From an uncultured delta proteobacterium (GTDB lineage Bacteria; Myxococcota_A; Polyangia; Polyangiales; JAFGIB01): a stretch of DNA of 64,000 nt. The DNA lies in assembly GCA_963778655.1 (NCBI GenBank), contig CAVZVA010000010.1, forward strand, positions 512,001-576,000, in the 5' to 3' direction. Numbering within the stretch: position 1 is the first letter of the stretch; each line of letters begins with the position of its first letter. The notes under the pieces were generated by a model, which made no database searches, was not told the origin of the DNA, and worked only from the letters and a program-made list of their open reading frames with translations. Positions 9,950 to 19,075 of this stretch are shown piece by piece. The position numbers and the translations under genes were made by a program.

Positions 9950-10513
9950 ATGCCCACACCCTTTCAAGGTTTTGCCAAGCGCCTGCTCGGCACCGGCATG
10001 ATCGGCGAGCTGTTCGGTCTGCTGCCCGAGCCGGCGCGCGAGGCGCTGGCCGACGTACGCCAATACCTGGCCGATCACGGCCACTGGCCCAAGCTCGAGC
10101 TGCTACGGCACGCGCCAGCCGGCCCGGTCCCGCTGCAGGCCGTGGGCGTGTTTCTCGGCTCGCTGTACGTCGGCGAGGAGCTCAGCATCGTCAACCTGTT
10201 CAAGGGCACGCTCGAGGGTGGCGAGCTGCGGGCAACCAATGTCGCGCTCGGCAACGTTCAGGCGGGCCGGGCCGAGGGGCTGAACCTGCTGGTGGGGGAC
10301 GTGCACGGCGGCCAGGTGGAGCGGGTCAACCTGTTGGTCGGCGACGTGCACGGCGGTCAGGTGCGCACGGTCAACGTCTTGATCGGAGACGTCCGCGGTG
10401 GGCGCGTGCAGTGCAACACGCTGATCGGGGACGTGCACGGCGGTGAGCTAGACGCTCGCGCCATGCACGGCAGCATCCACGCAGGCACCGCGCGCGTCAC
10501 GCGCACGATTTGA
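9950..10513 (+). CDS. Hypothetical protein with ~15-aa tandem N-x-L-x-G-D-V-H-G-G repeats (probable beta-solenoid)
   Basis: Five to six imperfect repeats in the C-terminal half; start uncertain (ATG 9902 or 9950). Confidence 0.7.
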   Translation: MPTPFQGFAKRLLGTGMIGELFGLLPEPAREALADVRQYLADHGHWPKLELLRHAPAGPVPLQAVGVFLGSLYVGEELSIVNLFKGTLEGGELRATNVALGNVQAGRAEGLNLLVGDVHGGQVERVNLLVGDVHGGQVRTVNVLIGDVRGGRVQCNTLIGDVHGGELDARAMHGSIHAGTARVTRTI

Positions 10514-10649
10514 GCCGCGCCCCTCGCCCACAATGTGCCCCGTGCTGCGACGGCAGCCCGCGCGGGCAGACAACGATTGACAGCCAGGCACGGCGCCCGG
10601 GACAATTGCACTGTCTCCGGCTCGGGGAATCAACGGGGTATCGCGCGAT

Positions 10650-11849
10650 ATGACTGCACGGCGCCAGAGGGCGAGCGCCATCCTTGCCTTGGTCTTGCTG
10701 GTCGGCGCCGGGTGCGCCAAGACGGAGCGCGCTCCGTACGCACCGCTCGGCCACGTGAGCGACGACGGCGGGGCGGGACAGGCGACCCCCGACGGCTCCC
10801 TCACGGGCGGTCTGCAGACCACCAGCTCCACCGCCAGCCCGCAAGAGCAGGCCGATATGCTCGCGGGCTGGGGCGCGGGCATCATGGACCCGGACAAGAT
10901 CTGCGCCGGTTCCGACCACAGCTGCGCGATCGACAGGCAGGGCGGTGTGCACTGCTGGGGCGCGTATCCGGACACCCCGGGCGGATTGCCGCCCATGGCT
11001 CAAATCGCGTGCGGCAACGCTCACACCTGCGCGCTCGCGACCGACGGCACGCTGTGGTGCTGGGGGGCCGGCTCCGATCAATCGCTGGTAGACATGGCGC
11101 TGGCTCACCCCGAAGACACCTCGCTGCTGGTCCACCAGGGTCAAGCCATTCCACCTGCAGGCCACTTCAAGCGGATCGCAGCCGGCGGCGTGCACAGCTG
11201 CGCAATCGACATGAACGATCAGGTGGTGTGCTGGGGCGGGGGCACCGGCGACAAGGACAACGAGCGGCAGCCGAACTACGGCCAATCGATTGCGCCGAGC
11301 GGCAAGTTCATCTCCATCGCCTGCGGCCAGGCACACAGCTGCGCGGTCGACGACAAGGGCGGGGTGGTGTGTTGGGGCGCGGGCGGGACCTCCGACAACT
11401 GCTTTCCGCCGAGGGCCTACGACTGCGGGCAAAGCAACTCGCCGCCCGGGGCGTTCCTGGAGGTGAGCGCCGGCGATGAGCACAGCTGCGGGCTGCGCGA
11501 AGACGGCACCATCAGGTGTTGGGGCGCAGGCCAGCACGACGACCAGTGCGCGCCGCTGGCGGGCACCAATGCGCTCGAGTGCGGTCAGTCGATGCCGCCT
11601 ACGCCTGCGATGGATGCGCCCTTCGTGCGCCTGCGCTCGGGCTGGGAATTCACCTGCGGCGTCACGCAGGACTTCAAGCTGCAGTGCTGGGGCTGGGACG
11701 ACTACCGCATGGCCACGCCCAAGAGCGGCAAGTACACGCAGGTCGCCGTCGGCGACACGCACGCCTGCGGAATCCAGCTCTCGGGTCGGATCGTGTGCTG
11801 GGGCGCGGACGACTCGGGCAAGGCCAGCGTACCGCCCGGCGTGCCCTGA
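10650..11849 (+). CDS. RCC1/BLIP-II-like repeat lipoprotein
   Basis: VGAGC lipobox; seven repeats of the type G-x-x-H-S/T-C-A-x5-G-x-V-x-C-W-G. Confidence 0.88.
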   Translation: MTARRQRASAILALVLLVGAGCAKTERAPYAPLGHVSDDGGAGQATPDGSLTGGLQTTSSTASPQEQADMLAGWGAGIMDPDKICAGSDHSCAIDRQGGVHCWGAYPDTPGGLPPMAQIACGNAHTCALATDGTLWCWGAGSDQSLVDMALAHPEDTSLLVHQGQAIPPAGHFKRIAAGGVHSCAIDMNDQVVCWGGGTGDKDNERQPNYGQSIAPSGKFISIACGQAHSCAVDDKGGVVCWGAGGTSDNCFPPRAYDCGQSNSPPGAFLEVSAGDEHSCGLREDGTIRCWGAGQHDDQCAPLAGTNALECGQSMPPTPAMDAPFVRLRSGWEFTCGVTQDFKLQCWGWDDYRMATPKSGKYTQVAVGDTHACGIQLSGRIVCWGADDSGKASVPPGVP

Positions 11850-11953
11850 GCGCGGCGGCGGAGCGGACAGGCCGCCGCGCTGCCGGTGGCAGCGAGCTTG
11901 GGGGTCCGGCTGCGCTTGACCCGGGCGGGTGGGTGCAGGGCACTTCCGATGCA

Positions 11954-12373
11954 GTGGTCATCAAGCCGCATACGTGGTTGCTGATCATGGGCGCGGCCCT
12001 GGCGGTCGCGGCCGCCGCCTGGCTCGAGCTGCGCGCCCCGCAGCCCACGGCGCCGCGCGCGCGCGGCGCGACGACCGCTCGCGCGCCCCAATCGCCGGCG
12101 GCAGGCGCCGGCGGGGCCGCAGCCGCGCAACCGAGCACGGCGAACGCGAGCCGGACGGGCGGCCAGGCTCCGCGACCGGCGAGCACAGCCGAGCCGCGGA
12201 CGGCGGCGGCCGAGCCGAGCCCGTCCCAGGCGCTGCGCGAGGTTCGGGCCCTGGTCGACCAGGGCAAGATCGGCGCAGCGCGCGATCTGGCCGAGGCGTA
12301 CCTGAAGCGGATCCCGGACTCACCCGAGGCCGCGCAGATCGAGTCGCTGACCGGCGTGCATCCGCACCGTTGA
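11954..12373 (+). CDS. Small membrane-anchored hypothetical protein with C-terminal helical (TPR-like) hairpin
   Basis: N-terminal TM helix, Pro/Ala linker, ALREVRALVDQGKIGAARDLAEAYLKRIPDSPEA; start uncertain. Confidence 0.55.
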   Translation: MVIKPHTWLLIMGAALAVAAAAWLELRAPQPTAPRARGATTARAPQSPAAGAGGAAAAQPSTANASRTGGQAPRPASTAEPRTAAAEPSPSQALREVRALVDQGKIGAARDLAEAYLKRIPDSPEAAQIESLTGVHPHR

Positions 12374-12394
12374 GCCCAGCTTGCAGGGAACCCC

Positions 12395-13780
12395 ATGCCA
12401 CCATCGACCGCTCGCCTCGTCCACGCCCTGAGCGCGCTGCTGGCGCTGGCGGCGGCCGCCTGCGCCGGCCGGGACGCGACCCCGGCAGCAGGCGGCGACG
12501 CGGGTTTCACGGCGAGAGGCACTGGCGGCGCGCTTGGCGTGGGCGCGGGCGGCGCGCTGGCGATGACCGGTAGCGCGGGCCAGGGCCCGAGCGGCGCGGG
12601 CGCGGGCCAGGGCCCGAGCGGCGCCGCTGGGACGGGGCTCGGCGGAAGCGGGGCGGCGGGCGGCGCGGCCGCTGGCGGCGGGGCGACGGGCGGCGCGAGC
12701 GGACAGGCCGGCGCGGCGAGCGGCGGCGCGACCGACGCCGGCGGCCTGGCGGGCAGCTCCGGCAGCTGCGGCAGCGATGCGTGTCCGGCCAGCGCCGGCG
12801 TCACGATCGGGTGCGAGAAGCGCTTCATGTTCGGCGTGAACTTCGCATGGGTGAGCTTCGGCTCCGACTTCGGCGGGGGCGCCCAGGGCGTGGCGCAGAA
12901 CCAGTCGCTCATCCGGAAGGACATGAAAGAGATGAAGGACAACGGCGTCGACGTGATCCGCTGGTGGATGCATCCGTCGATGTTCGACGGCGGCGGCGTG
13001 AGCTTCGACGGCAGCGGAACGCCGAGCGGGCTTGGCGGCAGCGAGCTCGCGGACATCGACGCCGCGCTCGCGCTCGCCGCCGAGCAGGGCGTGCACCTGA
13101 AGCTCACGCTGTTCTCGTTCGACAACTTCAAGCCCGACGCCAGCTCCGGGCACAGCCTGGGCCCCGTGATCGGCGACGGCGCCAAGCGCAAGGCGCTGAT
13201 CGACAACGTGGTGCGGCCGATCGCGCGCGCGGTCGCGGGCAGCACCCACGCCGCAAGCGTGGTCTCCTGGGACGTGATCAACGAGCCCGAGTGGGCGGTG
13301 CAGGGAAACGACGGCTACGGCGACCAGGACTTCGACGCGATGAGCTCGCTGCAGCAGGTGGATTTCCCCACCATGGAGACCTTCGTGCGCGAGGTGGTCA
13401 CGGCGCTGCACGCCGAGAGCACGGCGTTGGTCACCGTGGGTCAGGCCGCGGTCAAGTGGTCGCACGCGTTCACCAAGGTGGGGCTCGACTACTACGACAT
13501 GCACTACTACGGCTGGGTCGATCAGTACTTTCCGCTGGGCGGCAAGTCGCTGCAGGACTACGGCATCGGCGACCGCCCGGTCGTGGTCGGCGAGTTTCCG
13601 CTCGACGGCTGGACCAACCCCAACGGTACGCTCAGCGCCAACCAGATCGTGAGCAAGCTCTACGACCTCGGCTACGCAGGCGCCAAGGCCTGGGCCTTCA
13701 CCCAGGACGGCAACTGGTCCGGCAACAAGGGCGAGCTCGCCTCCTTCGCCAGCCTCCACCCCTGCGAGACGCTGTACTGA
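12395..13780 (+). CDS. GH5 / clan GH-A glycoside hydrolase (mannanase-like) lipoprotein with Gly-rich linker
   Basis: AAAC lipobox; FGVNFAW, WDVINEPEW (acid/base Glu), DYYDMHYY, VVVGEF (nucleophile), GAKAW. Confidence 0.85.
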   Translation: MPPSTARLVHALSALLALAAAACAGRDATPAAGGDAGFTARGTGGALGVGAGGALAMTGSAGQGPSGAGAGQGPSGAAGTGLGGSGAAGGAAAGGGATGGASGQAGAASGGATDAGGLAGSSGSCGSDACPASAGVTIGCEKRFMFGVNFAWVSFGSDFGGGAQGVAQNQSLIRKDMKEMKDNGVDVIRWWMHPSMFDGGGVSFDGSGTPSGLGGSELADIDAALALAAEQGVHLKLTLFSFDNFKPDASSGHSLGPVIGDGAKRKALIDNVVRPIARAVAGSTHAASVVSWDVINEPEWAVQGNDGYGDQDFDAMSSLQQVDFPTMETFVREVVTALHAESTALVTVGQAAVKWSHAFTKVGLDYYDMHYYGWVDQYFPLGGKSLQDYGIGDRPVVVGEFPLDGWTNPNGTLSANQIVSKLYDLGYAGAKAWAFTQDGNWSGNKGELASFASLHPCETLY

Positions 13781-13813
13781 GCCCTCGCTGCGCGCGCGCC
13801 CCTGCTCTGGCGC

Positions 13814-15001
13814 TCAGCGCGGCGCGAACGAGATCGGCAGCACGGTCGGGCCGTTGATCCCGAGCGGCGGCGCGAACACCGCGCCCGGCTCGAGCTTGGG
13901 GCAATGCATGCGCCGTGTGAGGGCGATCAGCGACTCCTGCAGCTCCGCACGCGCCAGTGCCGCGCCCAGACAGTGATGGGCGCCCTGGCCGAACGCCACC
14001 TGCACGCCGGCGCGGTTGTCGTCCACCGCGAACTCGTCGGGCCGCGGGAACTCGCGCCGGTCGCGATTGGCCGACCAGATCGAGCCGACGATCGAGCTGC
14101 CGGCCGGCACTCGCTCGCCGAACAGCTCGAGATCCTCGAGCGCGCGCCGCCCGAAACCGGTGGCGGTGGAGCGGAAGCGCAGCACCTCTTCGATCACGTC
14201 GCGCGCGCGTTCCGGCTCCTGCGCCACGCGGTCCCATTCCCGCGGCACCTCGGACAGCACCGTGATCATCCAGCCCAGCTGGTTCTTGGTGGTCTCGTGC
14301 CCGGCGAAAACCAGACCGGCGATCGAGCCCCGAATCAGGTCTTCGTCGATGCCCGATTCCTCGTCCATGGCGGCCGCGATCCGTGTCACCAGGTCGTCCT
14401 TGGGGTCGGCACGGCGCTGCGCGACCAGCTCGTCGGCGTACGCCAGCAGGTGCGCCAGCGCCCGATCGACGTCCGCGATCTTGGCCGGCAGCAGCACGAA
14501 GTTGAAGCCCAGCCCGATCGTGTCCGCCCAGCCGCTGAAGCGGTCGCGATCGGCAGCCGGCACGCCGATCAGCTCGCACAGCCCGAGCGCCGGCAGCTGG
14601 CGCGCGAACGCGTGTACGAAGTCGCAGCGCCCGAGCGGCAGCAGGGCGTCGGTCAAGCGCGCGGCCTCGGCGCTCAAGAACGGTCGCAGGCGCTCCACGC
14701 TGCGCGGCGTGAACGCGCGCGCCATCAGTTGGCGCCACATCCGATGCGTATCGCCTTCCATGTCGAGCGGCGACTTGCTCATCCAGTCGTAGAACGGCCC
14801 CGAGCTGACCCCGAATTGCTCCATCACCTGCGTAAACGCGGGGCGCAGCTTGTCGCTCTGCCCGAGAGCGCGCACCTCCGCGTGCCGCACGACCATCGGC
14901 CCGACCTCGGTCTCCATCACCGGACCCGCCTCGCGCGCGGCTTTGAGCGTCGCGTCGGGGTCGGCCAGAAAGTCCGCCAGAGGAACCATCGATTTGCTCA
15001 T
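13814..15001 (-). CDS. Cytochrome P450
   Basis: AGHETT I-helix, EEVLR (ExxR), FGQGAHHCLG heme-binding motif. Confidence 0.95.
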   Translation of the reverse strand: MSKSMVPLADFLADPDATLKAAREAGPVMETEVGPMVVRHAEVRALGQSDKLRPAFTQVMEQFGVSSGPFYDWMSKSPLDMEGDTHRMWRQLMARAFTPRSVERLRPFLSAEAARLTDALLPLGRCDFVHAFARQLPALGLCELIGVPAADRDRFSGWADTIGLGFNFVLLPAKIADVDRALAHLLAYADELVAQRRADPKDDLVTRIAAAMDEESGIDEDLIRGSIAGLVFAGHETTKNQLGWMITVLSEVPREWDRVAQEPERARDVIEEVLRFRSTATGFGRRALEDLELFGERVPAGSSIVGSIWSANRDRREFPRPDEFAVDDNRAGVQVAFGQGAHHCLGAALARAELQESLIALTRRMHCPKLEPGAVFAPPLGINGPTVLPISFAPR

Positions 15002-15103
15002 GACATCAAGGGGACGCTGGGGCCCAAGCGCTGTCAAGCCGGCCGTGGACGCCACCGCTTCGGCCACGTCGCCGCGCACGGCCGCCCTGCTATCCTCGGC
15101 GTC

Positions 15104-15496
15104 ATGGCGCTCGTGCTGCACATCACGCACCGGGCGGCGTGGGCCGAGGCCCAGCGCGCCGGGGTCTACGCGCCGGCGTCGCTGCGCAGCGAGGGCTTCA
15201 TCCACTGCTCGACCGCCGAGCAGACCGCGCAAACCGCGGCCGCGTTCTTCGCGGGCCAGCGCGAGCTGGTGCTGTTGGTGATCGACGCGGCGCGCGTGCG
15301 CGCCCCGTTGCGCTACGAGCCGGCCGCGGGCGATCCCGGCGCGCAGCGCGATGGGCTGTTTCCGCACCTCTACGGCGCGCTCGAGCTCGACGCGGTGCTC
15401 GACGCGCTCGACTTCCCCGAGGATCCGGGCGGCGGCTTCAGCCTGCCAGCGCGCGTGCGCGTGCTGCAGGATGCGGCAGGCAAGACGCCGGCCTGA
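15104..15496 (+). CDS. DUF952 family protein
   Basis: SLRSEGFIHCST and FPHLYGAL motifs. Confidence 0.9.
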   Translation: MALVLHITHRAAWAEAQRAGVYAPASLRSEGFIHCSTAEQTAQTAAAFFAGQRELVLLVIDAARVRAPLRYEPAAGDPGAQRDGLFPHLYGALELDAVLDALDFPEDPGGGFSLPARVRVLQDAAGKTPA

Positions 15497-15502
15497 CGCG
15501 CG

Positions 15503-16597
15503 TCAGGTGCGCCGGCGCCAGAAGCGCGCGGTGACGTGCACCGGCAGCGCGGCCCGGTAGTCCTTGGGCGTGACGCCGAACCAGCGGCGGAAGGCGCGGT
15601 GAAACGCGGGCGGATGCGCAAAGCCGAGCTGGTGCCCGATCTCGGCCACGCTGAGCTGGGACTGGCGCAGCGCGCGCTGGGCGTGGTCGCGGCGCAGGCG
15701 GTCGAGCAGCGCGCTGTAGGTGGTGCCGTGCTGGCGCAGGCGCGAGCGCAGCGCGCCCGGGCTCATGTGCAGGCGCGCGGCCACGCGCTCGAGCGCCGCG
15801 CCGCGATCGAGCTCGCGCTCGATCGCCTCGCGCACCTTGGCTGGAAACAGGCTCTGACCCGCGAGCGCGGCCAGCTCCTGGTCGGCCAGGCGCGTGAGCA
15901 CCGCGTGCAACACCGGGTCGGCCGTGCGCAGGGGATGGGCGAGCATGCTGCCCGGAAACACGATCGCGTTGTGCTCGCAGTCGAAGCGCACGGGTGCGCC
16001 GAAGATCTCGGGGAACACCGCGGCGTGCGCAGGGGCCGCATGCGCGAAGCGGATCTCGATCGGCGGCTGCACCCCCTCGAGCTGCAAGTGCAGGATCGAC
16101 ATGGCGAAGTTGCTCGCCAGGCCGAACTCGTGAATCGCGTCGGGCGCTTCGAGCCCGGGCGCGATGCGAAAGCGCGACTCGGCGCGGTCGCCCTCGACGT
16201 GCAGCTCTAGCTCGGCCGAAATCAACAGCGGGTAGTAGTGGCTGAGGCACGCGCTCGACTCGGCCAGCGTGTTGCAGCTGCCACACAGGTACTCGAGCAG
16301 CTCGTAGTCGCCGCGTTGCAGCCTCATCCCGGCGCGCAGGGGAGCCGACGGATCACCGAAGACCTCGATGAACTCGAGCAGAAGCTCGATCACGAGCCCG
16401 TGCGGCAAGCGCAGCGTGGGGTCGGGCTCGATCTCCGCGAACGAGAGGCCCCAGCGCTCGCAGGCCCGCTCGCTGCGGTCGAGGGCGCTGTTGATCTTGT
16501 CCGGGCCGGCCTCTTCGAGCAGGCGCATAAAGGGCGCGAGCGCCGTCAGGCTCACCGTCGCGTGCGGCGGGGTCGGAGCGTCTGCGTCGGTCATCAC
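15503..16597 (-). CDS. AraC family transcriptional regulator with N-terminal ligand-binding domain
   Basis: C-terminal HTH (LGFAHPPAFHRAFRRWFGVTP); FGAPVRFDCEHNAIVF in the N-domain. Confidence 0.92.
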   Translation of the reverse strand: MMTDADAPTPPHATVSLTALAPFMRLLEEAGPDKINSALDRSERACERWGLSFAEIEPDPTLRLPHGLVIELLLEFIEVFGDPSAPLRAGMRLQRGDYELLEYLCGSCNTLAESSACLSHYYPLLISAELELHVEGDRAESRFRIAPGLEAPDAIHEFGLASNFAMSILHLQLEGVQPPIEIRFAHAAPAHAAVFPEIFGAPVRFDCEHNAIVFPGSMLAHPLRTADPVLHAVLTRLADQELAALAGQSLFPAKVREAIERELDRGAALERVAARLHMSPGALRSRLRQHGTTYSALLDRLRRDHAQRALRQSQLSVAEIGHQLGFAHPPAFHRAFRRWFGVTPKDYRAALPVHVTARFWRRRT

Positions 16598-16660
16598 ATC
16601 GCCTGGGCGTTACCCCTGGCGCCGAGAATCCTACCAGATGTTCGTCTGCTCGTGACGCGG

Positions 16661-16873
16661 TCAGGGCGGCGGCCTCGGCCGTCCTTCGCAGATCGCCACG
16701 CAGATGTCGAAGGACCGCTGGCACTGCGCTCTGTTCGCCGCAGTGGCTGCATGGACGGTGCACCCCGATCGATCTTGGTCGCACGCCTGTTCGCAGGTCG
16801 TGTCGGCACACGCCGACCCCACGACGATGAGCGCAACCGACGCAGCGGCTTTCAGCCAAGCGCGACGTTCCAT
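16661..16873 (-). CDS. Small Cys-rich putative lipoprotein (70 aa)
   Basis: MERRAWLK twin-Arg-like signal, GSAC lipobox, six further Cys including two CxxxC. Confidence 0.55.
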   Translation of the reverse strand: MERRAWLKAAASVALIVVGSACADTTCEQACDQDRSGCTVHAATAANRAQCQRSFDICVAICEGRPRPPP

Positions 16874-17090
16874 CGCGAATGAAGAGAGCAAGGACGGTGC
16901 CAGGAGCAATGGCCCGGAGTCGCCGTATGCTGGCAAGCAAGCTCACGCTCCCAGTGTGAACGCCGGACAACACCTGTAGCGCCGGCGCTTCACCTGCCGG
17001 GCGTGCTCACCTCATCGCTCGGGCGAGCTGACCCGTGCGAGGGCGGAAGCGCAACTGTGTCGTGGTTGCTCGCTGGTGAGCTTTCGGCGC

Positions 17091-18434
17091 ATGACCTCCG
17101 CTTCGAAGCCGTGCCTCGTTGCGCTCCTCGCCCTGCTGGCCGCGGCCTGCGCGCGTGATGCCGGCAAGTCGGCGGCCGGCGCCGGCGGCACGGGCGGCAT
17201 CCTTGTGCCAGGCGCCGGCGGGGGGCCGGCGAGGGCCAACGTCGGCGCGGCGCCCGGCGCGGCGCTGCCGGGGCAAGGCGGGGAATCGCCCGCGGCCGGC
17301 ACTGGGGGTGCCGGGACTGCACCGGCGGGCGGAGCGGGCGGAACGGGGGGATACGGTGGAACGGGCGGTCTCGCGGCGACCGGCGGCGATGCGGCGGGAA
17401 CGGCGGGGCTGGGCGGCGCCGGGGGGGCCGGCGGAATGTCGGGCGACGGCACGACGGGCGGCGCCGGGCCAAGCACCGGCAACGCTGGCACAGCCGGCGC
17501 GGCGCCGTGCACGCCGCCGCTGGCGGGCTCGCACGGGATGAACCCGCTCTTCACCGATCAATACACGGCCGACCCGGCGCCGTTCGTACACGGCTGCACG
17601 TTCTACATCACCTGCGGGCACGACGAGGGAACCACCGGCTTCGTGATGAAGGAATGGTTTCTGCTGGCGTCGACCGACATGGTCCACTTCACGAAGAAGG
17701 TGGCGCTCTCGCTGCAGGAGTTTGCCTGGGCCAACGCCAACGCCTGGGCCGGACAGATGGTTGCGAAGAACGGCAAGTTCTACTGGTTCGTGCCCGTCAA
17801 CGAGAACGGCGGGGGCATGGCGATCGGGGTCGCCGTGTCCGATAGCCCGACGGGCCCCTTCAAGGACGCGATCGGCAAGCCCCTGATCAACGACGCCTTC
17901 GAGATGTCGAACATGGGATTCAAGACCCCGTCCGATACCCCCTACACCATCGATCCCAGCGTGTTCGTCGACGACGACGGGCAGGCCTACCTCCACTACG
18001 GCGGCTTCTCGCGCATGGTCGAGGCGAAGCTCGGCGACGACATGATCTCGATCAGCGGCAAGATGCAGGAGAGCACGCCGCGCGGGTACTTCGAGGCCGC
18101 GTATCTGACCAAACACGCGGGCACCTACTACGAGATCTACGCCGCCGGCGCGAACCCGGCGACCATCGACTACGCGACCTCGAGCAGCCCGCTGGGGCCG
18201 TGGACGTACGGTGGCCGCATCCTGGATGCGCTGCCCGGCGTACCAGGACAGGACGCGCCGACCAACCACGCCGGAGTCGCGGAGCTCGCCGGACAGTGGT
18301 ACTTCGTCTATCACCTGAGCAACGGCCCGAACGGCGGCGGCACCTATCGCCGCGAAGTCGCGATCGAGAAGCTCACGTTCGACGCGGACGGCTCGATCCA
18401 GAAGCTGACCCCGACTTCGGGGTTGAGCTTTTAG
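17091..18434 (+). CDS. GH43 family glycoside hydrolase lipoprotein with Gly-rich linker
   Basis: LAAAC lipobox; TADPAP, AWAG, IDPSVFVDDDGQAYL, YFEA and TNH GH43 motifs. Confidence 0.92.
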   Translation: MTSASKPCLVALLALLAAACARDAGKSAAGAGGTGGILVPGAGGGPARANVGAAPGAALPGQGGESPAAGTGGAGTAPAGGAGGTGGYGGTGGLAATGGDAAGTAGLGGAGGAGGMSGDGTTGGAGPSTGNAGTAGAAPCTPPLAGSHGMNPLFTDQYTADPAPFVHGCTFYITCGHDEGTTGFVMKEWFLLASTDMVHFTKKVALSLQEFAWANANAWAGQMVAKNGKFYWFVPVNENGGGMAIGVAVSDSPTGPFKDAIGKPLINDAFEMSNMGFKTPSDTPYTIDPSVFVDDDGQAYLHYGGFSRMVEAKLGDDMISISGKMQESTPRGYFEAAYLTKHAGTYYEIYAAGANPATIDYATSSSPLGPWTYGGRILDALPGVPGQDAPTNHAGVAELAGQWYFVYHLSNGPNGGGTYRREVAIEKLTFDADGSIQKLTPTSGLSF

Positions 18435-18769
18435 AACGCGCCAGCGGCCGCCGTTGCAGAGCGGCCCCGCCCCGGCGTAGTCGTTTTGGCAGTCCGGCGC
18501 GCACACACGCCGCGGCGTGCATCACCGAGTGGGCGCCGCGCCCCCGACCGCTACGCGTCGTTCCAGAACGTAGAACGTGAAAGGCGCGGGCCGAGACTGA
18601 TTTCACGACCCCGCCGGTACTTACCCGCAAGCTACGCGTGCCGCTGAAGCGGCGAGCCCCGCCACGGGCCGGGCCGCTGTGCCCCGAGAAATCGCAGCGG
18701 CAGCAGGAACACCAGGACGCACGCCCGCGCGCGACCGGGCTCTGCCCCGCCGCACGGACGACCTCGCGG

Positions 18770-19075
18770 ATGAAGCGACAAATGCCTTGGCCCCTGAAAC
18801 CGCGCGCATCGTTCGGTCAGCCTTGGATCGGTTTGAGCGCGCGCAGCTTGCGCTGGCTGGTCGGGGCGCTCGCCGTTGCGCTCGCGCTGACGGCCCTGGA
18901 GGGCTGCGCGCACGTGCAGCCCTCGCAGCGCGAAAGACTGGCGAGCCCGGCGATGCGCTTCGAGATGGATCCGGTTGCCGATGGGCAACGCGATTCGGTC
19001 CACGAGATCACCGAGGGCGGAACCTTCCCAAGCGCCGGCCCGGGCAACGCCGGCGCTGGCTGTGGCTGCAATTGA
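18770..19075 (+). CDS. DUF4266 domain lipoprotein
   Basis: LEGCAHVQPSQRERLA and terminal GAGCGCN; start uncertain (18770 or 18782). Confidence 0.85.
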   Translation: MKRQMPWPLKPRASFGQPWIGLSARSLRWLVGALAVALALTALEGCAHVQPSQRERLASPAMRFEMDPVADGQRDSVHEITEGGTFPSAGPGNAGAGCGCN

